Part shown: in pieces, positions 46,570-56,473 of the stretch
Numbering within the stretch: position 1 is the first letter of the stretch
Layout of the letters: each line of letters begins with the position of its first letter
Translations under genes and position numbers: made by a program
Notes under the pieces: model-generated
Databases searched by the model: none
Told to the model about the DNA's origin: nothing
Seen by the model: only the letters and a program-made list of their open reading frames with translations
DNA from: a virus
Lineage: Duplodnaviria; Caudoviricetes
Strand: one strand, 5' to 3'
Virus record (IMG/VR): IMGVR_UViG_2791354954_000001
Location: 3,446-67,445 of that record
Length of the DNA: 64,000 bases

Positions 46570-47397
46570 ATGCCGAAAAAATCAAAATGGTTTATCGTTG
46601 CAACAGAAGGTGCAACCACAGACGGCCGCACCATCAATCGCGCTTGGATTGAGCAAATGGCGGCAAATTACAACCCGAAAAAATACGGCGCACGGATCAA
46701 TCTTGAACACATCAAATTCAGTATGCTTTGGAAAGGCGAACCCCATTCAAAATGCTATGGCGATGTTTTGGCATTAAAAACCGAAGAAAACGAAGAAGGC
46801 AAATTGCAATTATTGGCACAAATCGACCCAACGGAAGATTTAATCAAACTCAATAAAGACCGCCAAAAAATCTACACGTCCATTGAATGTGATCCGAATT
46901 TTGCCGACACCGGCGAGGCTTATTTAGTCGGTTTAGCGGTGACAGACAATCCGGCAAGCCTCGGCACTGAAATGTTGAAATTTTCTGCCGGTGCGGCTGC
47001 CAATCCCCTTTCAAACCGCAAAGAAAAACCCGAAAACCTTTTCACCGCAGCGATTGAAACGCAATTAGAGTTTGAAGAAGTAAAAGAAAAAGGTTTATCC
47101 ATCTTTGCTAAACTCCAAACCTTGTTTGCAAGTAAAGAAAAATCCGATGATGAACGCTTTGCCGATCATCAAGCAGCATTAGAACTGCTTGGCGAACAGG
47201 TACAAAAAACGCAAGAAAAATTGACCGCACTTTCAGAAGATTTAGCCAAACGTGAAAGCGAATTTGCCGAATTGAAAGCGGAAAATGAAAAAATCCACAG
47301 CAAATTTGCCGAGCTTGAAAAACAACCTGCAACAAATTACACCCCACGCCCGATTGTGGCAGGGGAAAGCCAAAACGCTGACGGTCGTTTTTTCTAA
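46570..47397 (+). CDS. Capsid scaffolding protein O
   Basis: ATEGATTDGR, ARINLEH, AYLVGLAVTDNPASLGTE. Confidence 0.93.
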   Translation: MPKKSKWFIVATEGATTDGRTINRAWIEQMAANYNPKKYGARINLEHIKFSMLWKGEPHSKCYGDVLALKTEENEEGKLQLLAQIDPTEDLIKLNKDRQKIYTSIECDPNFADTGEAYLVGLAVTDNPASLGTEMLKFSAGAAANPLSNRKEKPENLFTAAIETQLEFEEVKEKGLSIFAKLQTLFASKEKSDDERFADHQAALELLGEQVQKTQEKLTALSEDLAKRESEFAELKAENEKIHSKFAELEKQPATNYTPRPIVAGESQNADGRFF

Positions 47398-47455
47398 ATA
47401 AGCGATACCCCCCATTTTAAAATGAACCGAACCACTTACTCATAGGATTTTCTCA

Positions 47456-48514
47456 ATGAAAAAATTTACCCAACAAAAATTTACTCAATACCTTGCAGGC
47501 GTTGCGGCAGACAACAACGTAAGCGAAAGTTTTGTCGCAAGCGGCGGTCAAATTACCATTGAGCCGACCATTCAACAAAAATTAGAAAAAGCGGTGCTTG
47601 AAAATTCTGATTTCTTAAAACGCATCAATGTTATTACGGTTGAAGAAATGAAAGGGGCGACACTGCGTTTAGGTGTATTAAGCCCGGTAGCAAGCCGCAC
47701 CGACACCAACAAAAAAGCCCGTGAAACCACCGATATTCACTCGCTTGAAGAAAACATCTACGACTGTGTACAAACTAATTTCGACACCCATTTAAGCTAC
47801 CCGATTTTAGACGCGTGGGCGAAATTCCCTGATTTTGCGGCGCGCATTGGCAACTTAAAAGCCGAACGCATTGCCCTTGACCGCATTATGATTGGCTTTA
47901 ACGGCGCAAGTGTTGCCACAACCACCAACCGTGTCAAAAATCCATTATTGGAAGATGTCAATAAAGGTTGGCTAGTCCAAATTGACGAAAAAGCCCCTGC
48001 CCGCGTGATGAAAGAAGAAGTCAAAGGCAGCGGCAAAATTGAAGTGGGCGCAGGCAAAACCTACAAAAACCTCGACGCGCTTATTTTTGCGCTTAAAGAA
48101 GATTTTATCCCTGCCCAATACCGAGACGACACCAAACTGGTTGCCATTATGGGCAGTGATTTATTGGCGGATAAATACTTCCCGCTAATCAACCAAGAAA
48201 AACCAACGGAAATGCTAGCCGGTGATACGGTCATCAGCCAAAAACGGGTGGGCGGCTTACAAGCTGTTTCTGTGCCGTATTTCCCGAAAGGTACGGTGCT
48301 TGTTACCTCGCTTGATAACCTGTCTATTTATGTACAGGAAGGCAAAGTGCGCCGCCACATTAAAGACGTGCCGGAACGCAACCGCGTGGAAGATTATTTA
48401 TCGTCCAACGAAGCCTATGTGGTTGAGAACTACGAAGCCGTGGCAATGGCGAAAAATATCACCATTGTCGAAGCACCGGTCGCACCGACCGAACCGCCAA
48501 AAGCAACGGAATAA
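47456..48514 (+). CDS. P2-family major capsid protein N
   Basis: ALDRIMIGFNG, NPLLEDVNKGWL, NEAYVVE. Confidence 0.95.
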   Translation: MKKFTQQKFTQYLAGVAADNNVSESFVASGGQITIEPTIQQKLEKAVLENSDFLKRINVITVEEMKGATLRLGVLSPVASRTDTNKKARETTDIHSLEENIYDCVQTNFDTHLSYPILDAWAKFPDFAARIGNLKAERIALDRIMIGFNGASVATTTNRVKNPLLEDVNKGWLVQIDEKAPARVMKEEVKGSGKIEVGAGKTYKNLDALIFALKEDFIPAQYRDDTKLVAIMGSDLLADKYFPLINQEKPTEMLAGDTVISQKRVGGLQAVSVPYFPKGTVLVTSLDNLSIYVQEGKVRRHIKDVPERNRVEDYLSSNEAYVVENYEAVAMAKNITIVEAPVAPTEPPKATE

Positions 48515-48518
48515 ACCA

Positions 48519-49175
48519 ATGCGCCCAACCAAACGTCATTTTCTGGAAACCTCTGCCGCTTTAGCGAATGCGGCAGAAACCGAAGATTTAAGCCAATTTA
48601 GCGAATACGACAAAATGCTCCGTCTGCTTGCCCGTCATAAAAAGGATTTAAAACAAATCCAATCTACGGCACGCAAAGCAGACTTCAAAAAACGCATTTT
48701 GCCGGATTATCTGCCGTGGCTTGAGGGCGCGTTATCGACCGGCAGCGGCAAGCAAGATAACGTGCTGATGATGTGGTGTGTTTGGGCGATTGACTGCGGC
48801 GAATATCACCTCGCCTTAACCATTGCCAACTATGCGATTTTTCACGATTTACGCCTGCCTGAACCGTTCACCCGAACCTTAGGCACGCTTATCGCCGAAG
48901 AATTTGCTGACGCAGCCAAGGCGGCACAAGCGACCAATCAACCCTTTGAAGTCGCCTACTTGGAACAGGCAAACCGCCTGACCGCCGATTGCGATATGCC
49001 GGATGAAAGTCGGGCAAGGTTATTGCGGGAACTAGGGTTACTCACCGCCCCGAAAAATCCAACACAAGCTCTTGAATATCTTGAACGCGCACTTGGATTA
49101 AATCAAAACATCGGCGTAAAAGGCGAGATTAAAAAATTAAGAAAACAACTTGAGAAAAACGACAGTGAATCTTGA
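48519..49175 (+). CDS. Terminase endonuclease subunit M
   Basis: LPDYLPWLEGAL..QD.VL..VWAIDCG; start MRPTKRH. Confidence 0.9.
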   Translation: MRPTKRHFLETSAALANAAETEDLSQFSEYDKMLRLLARHKKDLKQIQSTARKADFKKRILPDYLPWLEGALSTGSGKQDNVLMMWCVWAIDCGEYHLALTIANYAIFHDLRLPEPFTRTLGTLIAEEFADAAKAAQATNQPFEVAYLEQANRLTADCDMPDESRARLLRELGLLTAPKNPTQALEYLERALGLNQNIGVKGEIKKLRKQLEKNDSES

Positions 49176-49182
49176 TGTTGTT

Positions 49183-49349
49183 TAAGCCCCGTGTAAATCG
49201 CCCGAGCGTGAATGAATTTTTAGGAAAATTTGTACTGTTTGAGCGTAGCGAGTTGACAAATTTTCCGTCAAAAAATGCATTCTAAGCACGGAAAAGCGAT
49301 TTAGTCGGGGTGTGTTCTTTGGTTCTTTCTTGCACAAGCAAGAAAGAAC
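49183..49349. repeat. ~165-bp highly palindromic element (MITE- or REP-like candidate)
   Basis: Long imperfect hairpin 49187-49310 plus perfect 12-bp hairpin 49322-49349. Confidence 0.5.
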
Positions 49350-49460
49350 GTAACCAAGCAAACCACGCAGCCGCGGGGCGGAGAAAGTGCGGTTAAATTT
49401 TTCTCCTTTTTTGACCGCACTGATTCTCCCCACCCCGCTCTTTTTTTAAAGGTCAACATA

Positions 49461-49973
49461 ATGTCAGACGGTGCAATTTCTATCAAACTCGCCCCCAATT
49501 ATGAAATGGGGGCAGTACAACAGCGGCTCGAAACCCCTTCCGGTGTAAATGATGATCTCATTATCAATGAGGCATTTTTCCCCGATTTATCCCTTGCACA
49601 ATGTCGTAATCAAATGCGCATTGACGGCACCGTAACAGAAACCCGTTTACTTGACGCGCTGATTGAAGCCGTTGCCTCGGTGAACGAAGAACTGGCGGCG
49701 TTTAAACAAGAAAACGCCGAACACGGCACACTGGCACAGATTCCGGCACAACGTATCAACAATGAAAGCATTTTGGTGCAACGTTATCGCCGTGCCGTCC
49801 TTTGCCTTGCAGCAGCCAATTTGAACGAACGCTACGCCGCCTACGACAACACCAATGACGGCGAAAAGAAAATGGAACTGCTCAAAGACAGCATCGACCA
49901 ACTGCGCCGTGACGCTCGTTTTGCCATTAGCGATTTGTTAAAAATCCGCCGAATTGATGTGGAGCTGATTTAA
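49461..49973 (+). CDS. Head completion protein L
   Basis: FFPD....R..MRIDGTVT..RL and ARFAISDL motifs. Confidence 0.9.
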   Translation: MSDGAISIKLAPNYEMGAVQQRLETPSGVNDDLIINEAFFPDLSLAQCRNQMRIDGTVTETRLLDALIEAVASVNEELAAFKQENAEHGTLAQIPAQRINNESILVQRYRRAVLCLAAANLNERYAAYDNTNDGEKKMELLKDSIDQLRRDARFAISDLLKIRRIDVELI

Positions 49974-50182
49974 TGAAAGTGCGCGCCCAACAAAATGACA
50001 ATCTTGATGCCATCGTTTATCGCCATTTCGGCAAAAGCCAAGGCTTGCTCGAAATTGCCTGCGAATTAAATCCGCACTTAATGCACTTGGCCGTCATTCC
50101 TATTGGAACAGAAGTCAACCTGCCTGATCCGGACACCGAAAAAATTAACGTGGCGCAAGATACCTTACAACTTTGGAGCTGA
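49973..50182 (+). CDS. Tail protein X
   Basis: AQQNDNLDAI.YRH.G...LNP...LQLW. Confidence 0.9.
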   Translation: MKVRAQQNDNLDAIVYRHFGKSQGLLEIACELNPHLMHLAVIPIGTEVNLPDPDTEKINVAQDTLQLWS

Positions 50183-50183
50183 T

Positions 50184-50411
50184 ATGCACGAAAAAGCCAC
50201 TCAAAACGCCTACACGGGCGCATTCACGAGTTTTATTATGGGGCGCATTGCCGATATGTACGCAAATATCAACTGGGCGGATGTCGCCTCGGTGGTCGGT
50301 ATTTTGATTGCTGTCGCCACCTTTATCGTCAACTGGTATTACAAGAAAAAAGATTTTGAACTAAGAAAACTGGAAATTGAAGGAAAAATCAATGGTAAGA
50401 AAAGCCGCTAA
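50184..50411 (+). CDS. Holin (HP1-like)
   Basis: GILIAVATFIVNWYYKKK; start MHEK with GGAG RBS. Confidence 0.82.
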   Translation: MHEKATQNAYTGAFTSFIMGRIADMYANINWADVASVVGILIAVATFIVNWYYKKKDFELRKLEIEGKINGKKSR

Positions 50412-50910
50412 ATGGGGTTGCTCGGTGGTTGCCGTGGTTGCCCTAGTGATTGCCGCACACGGCAATGAAATTCGCACATCAGAACAAGGCTTGCTCTTAA
50501 TCGGCAATGCCGAAGGCTGCCAACGTAAGCCCTACACCTGCCCTGCCGATGTCCTCACTTTTGGCATTGGCACAACAGACACGGTGGAAAAAATCAATCC
50601 CAATAAAATTTACACAGACGAAGAAATTGCCCGCGCCTTTGCCAAAGGCGTACAACAGGCGGAAAAATGTGTCAACACCTACGCCAACGGGCAAACAATG
50701 CCACAAGGCGCATTTGATGCCTTAACCTCGATCACCTTCAATGTCGGTTGCGGAAAGCTCAAAAACAGCACCCTGTTTAAACTCGCCCGTCAAGGTTACA
50801 GCCCCGCAATGTGCGGTCAATTTGAACGTTGGATTTATGCCGGCGGTAAACCGCTCAACGGCTTAATTGACCGCCGCCAAAAGGAGAAAGCCCTATGTTT
50901 AACTTTTTAA
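50392..50910 (+). CDS. SAR endolysin (GH24 lysozyme)
   Basis: N-terminal hydrophobic anchor; EGC...Y.CPA.V.T.GIG; FNVG. Confidence 0.9.
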   Translation: MVRKAAKWGCSVVAVVALVIAAHGNEIRTSEQGLLLIGNAEGCQRKPYTCPADVLTFGIGTTDTVEKINPNKIYTDEEIARAFAKGVQQAEKCVNTYANGQTMPQGAFDALTSITFNVGCGKLKNSTLFKLARQGYSPAMCGQFERWIYAGGKPLNGLIDRRQKEKALCLTF

Positions 50911-51245
50911 GCCTCAAAGAAAAAGGCATTTTATTCATCGGGCCAATGTTGATGGGGTTGGTTATCCTTTTTCTTGGTTGGCAGGCAAATCACTGGCGTG
51001 CCGAAATGATAAAAGAGGAACAACTCAAAGCTAAGTGGCAAACGGCTTACTTTGCGTTAAACAATCAAGTCCAACAATTTGCCGAACAGCAAAAACAGCT
51101 CACCGCCGCCGTGAATGATCTCAAAACCCAACAAACAAAACAAACACAGGATTTAAAAAATGCGCTTAAACAACATCAAACGTGGGCTGATAGCCCTGTG
51201 CCTGACAGCGTGCGCGGCGTGTTCAACGCCCCCGCAAATCATTAA
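50895..51245 (+). CDS. Inner-membrane spanin (LysB-like)
   Basis: TM, coiled coil, WADSPVPD.V. Confidence 0.8.
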   Translation: MFNFLSLKEKGILFIGPMLMGLVILFLGWQANHWRAEMIKEEQLKAKWQTAYFALNNQVQQFAEQQKQLTAAVNDLKTQQTKQTQDLKNALKQHQTWADSPVPDSVRGVFNAPANH

Positions 51246-51426
51246 ATCGCCGATACTTTGTCCGCAGGTTGCCGAGTGCGGTCGGTTTTCGCCACCAATT
51301 CGCACCAATGGCGAACTCGCCGAAGCCTATCAACAGACACAGCACAGGCTAAATTTGTGCGTGATAGAAAACGACAGCCTAAAAAAATGCATCGAAGATT
51401 TTAACCAAAAGGAACAAAACCAATGA
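51160..51426 (+). CDS. Outer-membrane spanin (LysC/Rz1-like)
   Basis: Lipobox-like CAAC; CP.V..C....I.TNG.L. Confidence 0.8.
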   Translation: MRLNNIKRGLIALCLTACAACSTPPQIIKSPILCPQVAECGRFSPPIRTNGELAEAYQQTQHRLNLCVIENDSLKKCIEDFNQKEQNQ

Positions 51427-51638
51427 CCGACCAATTCGACCGCGCACAACAGCTTGAAGAAATACACCGTGAAATCGCCCTCAAAAAACACCGCACGTTT
51501 AAAGCGGTCAGCCGTCTTTATTGCGAAGATTGCGAGGCACCCATTCCGGAAAAACGCCGCCAAACTATTGTAGGCGTAACCCGTTGTGTAACTTGCCAAG
51601 AACGTGAAGAAAAACGCCAACGGAACTTTAGAAAATGA
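51423..51638 (+). CDS. TraR/DksA C4 zinc-finger protein
   Basis: D..DRAQ and CEDC...IP..RR....C..CQ. Confidence 0.88.
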   Translation: MTDQFDRAQQLEEIHREIALKKHRTFKAVSRLYCEDCEAPIPEKRRQTIVGVTRCVTCQEREEKRQRNFRK

Positions 51639-52102
51639 AAAAGCCCAACCAACTACGCAACATCCTTGAACAAAGTCACGCCGACTTTATCAACAATCCC
51701 GACCGCCTGCAGCTTTATGTTGACGGCGGTCAAATCATTGCCACCGGTAGCCATTCATTCAGCTTTGAATATCGCTACACCCTCAACGTGGTTGTCACGG
51801 ATTATGCCGGTGATATTGCCGCCCTTGTCGTGCCAATCATTGCTTACCTACGCACCAATCAGCCTGAAATATTTGAAAACCCTGCACGGCGTGAAAATGC
51901 CTTCAAGTTTGAAGTAGATTACAACAATAACAACACCGCCGACATCAGTTTTGAAATCCAACTCACCGAACGGGTGGTGTCTAAAAATGAGGTTGAAGGC
52001 GTGCAAATTCGTTATGCCAAAGAACCGGTGCTTGACGAAGCCCGCCGCGTGAAAGTGTATTTGCAGGATTGGGATAATTTGATTTTTGAGGGGAACGTTT
52101 AA
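51635..52102 (+). CDS. Tail completion protein R
   Basis: MKKP..LR, SFEYRYTL, LTERV motifs. Confidence 0.9.
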   Translation: MKKPNQLRNILEQSHADFINNPDRLQLYVDGGQIIATGSHSFSFEYRYTLNVVVTDYAGDIAALVVPIIAYLRTNQPEIFENPARRENAFKFEVDYNNNNTADISFEIQLTERVVSKNEVEGVQIRYAKEPVLDEARRVKVYLQDWDNLIFEGNV

Positions 52103-52563
52103 TGGCAACGGTGCAAGAAATCCAAGCAAAATTAACCGCACTTATCAACAACTTATCGCCCCAAGCACGCCGCAAACTGGCAAAAAACATCGGACAATCC
52201 TTGCGAAAAAATCAAGCCGCACGCATTGCCCGACAACAAAACCCGGACGGCAGTGCCTTTGAAGCCCGCAAGCCCCGTAAACATTTTGGCAAAAAGCAGG
52301 GGCGCATTAAACGCAAAGCAATGTTCGCCAAGTTGCGCACCGCCCGCCATTTAAAAGTGCGGTCAAACGGCAATGAGGTTTTAGTGGGCTTTAACGGCTC
52401 AAGTGCGGCGATTGCAACGGTGCATCAATATGGGTTAAAGGGCACGGTAGATAGAAAGAAAGGGATTAAAACAAAATATGCCCAACGGGAATTGTTGGGC
52501 TTTACGGAACAGGATTTAGAATTGATTGAAGAACTGGTGCTAACTCAATTATCACATAATTGA
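52102..52563 (+). CDS. Tail completion protein S
   Basis: RI..Q.NPDG, MF.KLR, VHQYG, RELLG. Confidence 0.9.
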   Translation: MATVQEIQAKLTALINNLSPQARRKLAKNIGQSLRKNQAARIARQQNPDGSAFEARKPRKHFGKKQGRIKRKAMFAKLRTARHLKVRSNGNEVLVGFNGSSAAIATVHQYGLKGTVDRKKGIKTKYAQRELLGFTEQDLELIEELVLTQLSHN

Positions 52564-52564
52564 A

Positions 52565-52806
52565 TTAGGCTTTAGCGTTATTATCCGGTATTGCGGCAAC
52601 AATAAAACCCAAAATTATCGTGATAAATAGAGATAAAAGAATACTATCGGTTATTAACCAAAGCACGAAAACCAATGCCACAATCGGAATAAACGCAACC
52701 GTTGCCATACTAAAAATAGCAGAAATCACCGCAATAGTGAGGCTTCCGGCAAAAAATAATCCTAAACAGATAATCAACGAAATGCCAATGCCAGTATCAG
52801 TGCCAT
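52565..52806 (-). pseudogene. Small hydrophobic membrane protein moron, frameshift near 52780
   Basis: GGGAGG RBS and ATG 52806 are out of frame with the TM-rich ORF by one base. Confidence 0.5.
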
Positions 52807-52875
52807 ATTTCCTCCCTTTATTTTGCTGATTATTAAACCTAACACAAAAATTTGTCAATAAAAAAGCGAGTTTTT

Positions 52876-55791
52876 ATGAATAATTTACAGCTTACCGTAT
52901 TACTCAATGCCATTGATAAAATTTCCGCGCCGGTAAAAAATGCGGCTAAAAGTGTCAATGCCCTTTCAGAACAATTAAAAAATAGCAAATCAGCATTGCG
53001 TGAACTTGAAAAAGTACAAAATCAAATGAATTCATTTTCTCGCACCACAGAGAAAATAAATAAAAGCACCGAGGCAATCAATAAACACGCCAAAAAATTA
53101 GATAACCTACGCAATAAAATTTCTAAAATGAAAAATGAGCGGGTTGATCTCAAAGGTCAAATTAAAGATGCCGAGCTTTATCATTCAAGTTTAATTTCTA
53201 AGGGAAAGGTTGCCGAAGCCTTGGCAGTCCGTGTCAAAATTGGCGATCTCACCAAACAATATGAAAAGCTACAAGGAAGCATTAGCGAAACCGGCAGAAA
53301 AATAAGTAAAGAAAATGCTGAATGGAAAGCCGGTCGCCGTGAAAAAGCCAAACAACTTTTACAACTTCGAGAGTTAAAGCGCAAGTTGAAAGAGGCAGGG
53401 ATTGATACAAAGCATTTTGCCCAACAAGAAACCTTGCTTGCTGAAAAAATTAAAGCAGCCAATAAAACCATTGAGCAACAACAAGCACGCTTAGCGAAAT
53501 TAAACGCTAAACAGGCTGCCTATCAAAAATATCGTGGGCAAGTCGAAAATCTAAAAGAAATCAGCGGAAAAGCGCAAATGATTGGTGCGCAATCTATGGC
53601 AGCCGGTGCGACTATCACCGCTCCACTTGCCAACGTCACCAAAGATTTTATGAATTTTGAAGATGCAATGATTGGTGTGGCACGCCAAGTTCCGGGCTTA
53701 AAAGATGAATTCGGAAACTTTACCCCTGAATTTGATGAGTGGAAAAAGAAAATCCAAAATCTATCAAAAACGCTACCGCTAACCACTGTTCAAATCGCCA
53801 ATATGATTGAAAGTGCGGCAAGAATGGATATTCCGAAAGAGCAACTGGAAGAATTTGTGCGGATTAACACACAAATGGCAACTGCATTTGATGCAACCAA
53901 TCCGGATGAAATGGTTGAGGCGTTCGGAAAAGTCAGTAAAAACTTTAAACTCACTCAAGAACAAACAAGAGAACTTGCCGATACGATCAACTATTTGGAC
54001 GATAACACCATTTCTAAAGGTACGGGCATTATAGGCTATATGAACAGAGTGGCAGGTATTGCCGGCATTGCCAAAATCACCGATAAAAATATGGCTGCTC
54101 TTGGCTCAACATTACAAACATTAGGCGCGGCAGAAGAAGATAGTGCCACAGCCGTTACCACGATTTTTACCCGTTTAGGTGTGGCAGGAAACCATAAAGA
54201 AGTGGATGGCGCACTTAAAAAATTAAGGTTAGATCCGAAAAAAATTGCAAGTGGAATGGCAAAAGATGCACAAGCCACATTGATGTTGATTGTCGAAAAA
54301 ATCAAAGGGTTAAAAGACAGTGAACAAACTGATGTAATGAAAGGACTTGTGGGGATTCCGCATATTAAAACCATTTCAAAATTAGTGACAAATACCGAAG
54401 AATGGCGTAGACAAATTAAACTTGCCAATAGCGAGGCAGCAAAAGGCTCAATGGCGAGAGAGTTTGAAACAAGAATGAAAGCCCTTTCGGCATCGACACA
54501 GATTTTTGAAAACCAACTTTACAATTTAAAAGCAACGATTGGAGGCGTGCTTGCACCTACACTAAATTCAGTAATGGTTAAAATTGGGGGGATCATTGAC
54601 AAGGTCAAAGCGTGGATAGAAGCTAATCCGGAACTCGCAAGAAAAATTCTTATTGTTGCGGGTGCAATCGGCACAACGCTTACTGCTTTCGGCGCATTAA
54701 GCCTTGCATTAAGTTTTGTGGTTTATCCTATTGCCCGATTATTTCTTGGCTTGTCAAAGCTAAAAATTTTATTGCCTAAAATTAGTGCGTCCTTCAAAAC
54801 TGTCGATGGCTCAATTCTACGCGGTTTATTGTCACCACTTAAATTATTGATGTTTGCCTTCACGCCTTTAGGGGCAGTTATTATTGCAACAGTTGGAATA
54901 ATAGCCGGTTCAATTTATAAATATTGGACACCAATCAAAGCCTTTTTCGGTGGTTTTTGGGAAGGATTAAAATCAGGGCTTGCACCGGTTATTGAAAAAT
55001 TTAAACCGTTGGGCGATCTATTTGGCGTTGTAGTCGGCTGGATTGAAAAAGCCGTGAAATGGTTTATGGATTTGCTCTCGCCGGTTCAAAGCACACAAAA
55101 AGATTTAGATGCCGCCGCAAGTGCCGGTAAAAAATTTGGTGAATGGGTAGCAAAAGGAATTGATCTCGCGCTCACACCGTTGAAATTATTACAAGATGGC
55201 ATTCAATGGGTATTAGATCATATGCCAAGTATTGAAGGTATCAGTAACGCCCTTGATAAAGGAAACCAAATCACCGAACAAGCCCAACAAATAAAAGAAG
55301 AAGGAATCAAAAAGGCTTTTGGGGACGGTATTTTAGGCAAAACTATGCAACTACTAAGCGATCCTAATTTACAACACTGGAAAGGCGGATTAGTGAAAGG
55401 CTATTCAGCAGGCGGCTACACCGGCAACGGCGGTAAATATCAACCAATGGGGATTGTTCACGGCGGCGAATATGTGATGACAAAAGAGGCGACCTCACGC
55501 CTTGGCATTCACACCCTAAACGCCCTCAATTATGGCAAACAAGCCTTAATTGCAGGCGGCTTGGGCGTAAGTGTTGCCACGGCCGCACCGGTGCAGGCTG
55601 ATAGCCGACCGCCCATTTCAGCACGTCCCGTTGCCGCACAAGTCACCCAACCAATGACAGTGCAAATCACCATTAATGCCGCACAAGGTATGGACGAGCG
55701 AATGATTGCACAACAAGTGGCAAAAGAATTTCAACGCATCCAAAACCAACAACAGGCACGCGCACGCAACAGCTTACGCGACAGGGGGTAA
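52876..55791 (+). CDS. Tail tape measure protein
   Basis: Coiled coil, INYLDDN core, GGYTG.GG.Y...G.VH.GEYV. Confidence 0.9.
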   Translation: MNNLQLTVLLNAIDKISAPVKNAAKSVNALSEQLKNSKSALRELEKVQNQMNSFSRTTEKINKSTEAINKHAKKLDNLRNKISKMKNERVDLKGQIKDAELYHSSLISKGKVAEALAVRVKIGDLTKQYEKLQGSISETGRKISKENAEWKAGRREKAKQLLQLRELKRKLKEAGIDTKHFAQQETLLAEKIKAANKTIEQQQARLAKLNAKQAAYQKYRGQVENLKEISGKAQMIGAQSMAAGATITAPLANVTKDFMNFEDAMIGVARQVPGLKDEFGNFTPEFDEWKKKIQNLSKTLPLTTVQIANMIESAARMDIPKEQLEEFVRINTQMATAFDATNPDEMVEAFGKVSKNFKLTQEQTRELADTINYLDDNTISKGTGIIGYMNRVAGIAGIAKITDKNMAALGSTLQTLGAAEEDSATAVTTIFTRLGVAGNHKEVDGALKKLRLDPKKIASGMAKDAQATLMLIVEKIKGLKDSEQTDVMKGLVGIPHIKTISKLVTNTEEWRRQIKLANSEAAKGSMAREFETRMKALSASTQIFENQLYNLKATIGGVLAPTLNSVMVKIGGIIDKVKAWIEANPELARKILIVAGAIGTTLTAFGALSLALSFVVYPIARLFLGLSKLKILLPKISASFKTVDGSILRGLLSPLKLLMFAFTPLGAVIIATVGIIAGSIYKYWTPIKAFFGGFWEGLKSGLAPVIEKFKPLGDLFGVVVGWIEKAVKWFMDLLSPVQSTQKDLDAAASAGKKFGEWVAKGIDLALTPLKLLQDGIQWVLDHMPSIEGISNALDKGNQITEQAQQIKEEGIKKAFGDGILGKTMQLLSDPNLQHWKGGLVKGYSAGGYTGNGGKYQPMGIVHGGEYVMTKEATSRLGIHTLNALNYGKQALIAGGLGVSVATAAPVQADSRPPISARPVAAQVTQPMTVQITINAAQGMDERMIAQQVAKEFQRIQNQQQARARNSLRDRG

Positions 55792-55814
55792 CAAAAGGGC
55801 GAAAGCCCTTTTTT
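55792..55814 (+). terminator. Intrinsic terminator
   Basis: AAAAGGGC-GAAA-GCCCTTTTTT. Confidence 0.8.
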
Positions 55815-55878
55815 GTTTGATAAAAAAAATCACTCGGGTTATAGTAGCGAACCTATCCATCCCATAGGAGTGTGAAAA

Positions 55879-56058
55879 ATGTTCAAAGAAAAAGGCTATG
55901 ATGAATTTTTAGCAGCAAGTATTAAACGTGGTGAAGCGGACGTTGCTGCAGGGCGCGTATTTACTTTAGAACAAACTAAAGCACATCTGCAAAAAACAAT
56001 CGAAAAAAAAGCACGAGAACTTGAAGATACTGAACGTGAAGTATTGATTTATGGCTAA
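55879..56058 (+). CDS. Antitoxin of RelE/ParE pair, not in ORF track
   Basis: MFKEKGYDEFLAASIKRGEADVAAGRV... 59 aa; AGGAG RBS; overlaps toxin start. Confidence 0.75.
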   Translation: MFKEKGYDEFLAASIKRGEADVAAGRVFTLEQTKAHLQKTIEKKARELEDTEREVLIYG

Positions 56059-56335
56059 GATTATCTTTACCCAAGAAGCCGATCGTAACTTAAACGAGAT
56101 TGTTTCAAACGTTATTGAATATACGGGTTATGAGTTAAGCGGAATTAAGTTAGCCGATGATATTTTTGCTAAAATTGATGTGATCGCCTATATGCCTATG
56201 GCCGCAGGCAGAATTATTCAAGATAACCGCCGTGAAGCTTTTTGCCGTGGTTATCGTATCGTTTATGATATTGTCGGCGGTGAAGTATATATTCAAACTA
56301 TTATCCACTCCCGCCGATTATATCCTCGCCCCTAA
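56051..56335 (+). CDS. RelE/ParE family toxin
   Basis: IIFTQEADRNL..I, YRIVY, I.HSRR. Confidence 0.85.
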   Translation: MAKIIFTQEADRNLNEIVSNVIEYTGYELSGIKLADDIFAKIDVIAYMPMAAGRIIQDNRREAFCRGYRIVYDIVGGEVYIQTIIHSRRLYPRP

Positions 56336-56473
56336 ATCTTTTCCTTTTTCTATCTAAAGCAAGTCTCACGCTTGCTTTTTTTGTTACCCCACACTTCACA
56401 CGCCCCCACCCTCGCAATCTTCCTTTATCTCACCAACAATAGGGCTATTTATTACATCATCACAATCTACCCT

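Noticed and set aside
48222-48518. N-terminal extensions given by the ORF track (M, O, holin, HicA, V, gp48)
   Set aside because: They overlap upstream genes or promoters; downstream starts with RBS or family-typical N-termini fit better.
56382-56400. P2 Ogr-type late promoter site upstream of V
   Set aside because: TGT and ACA are 13 nt apart rather than 12, and I found no second matching site or activator gene.
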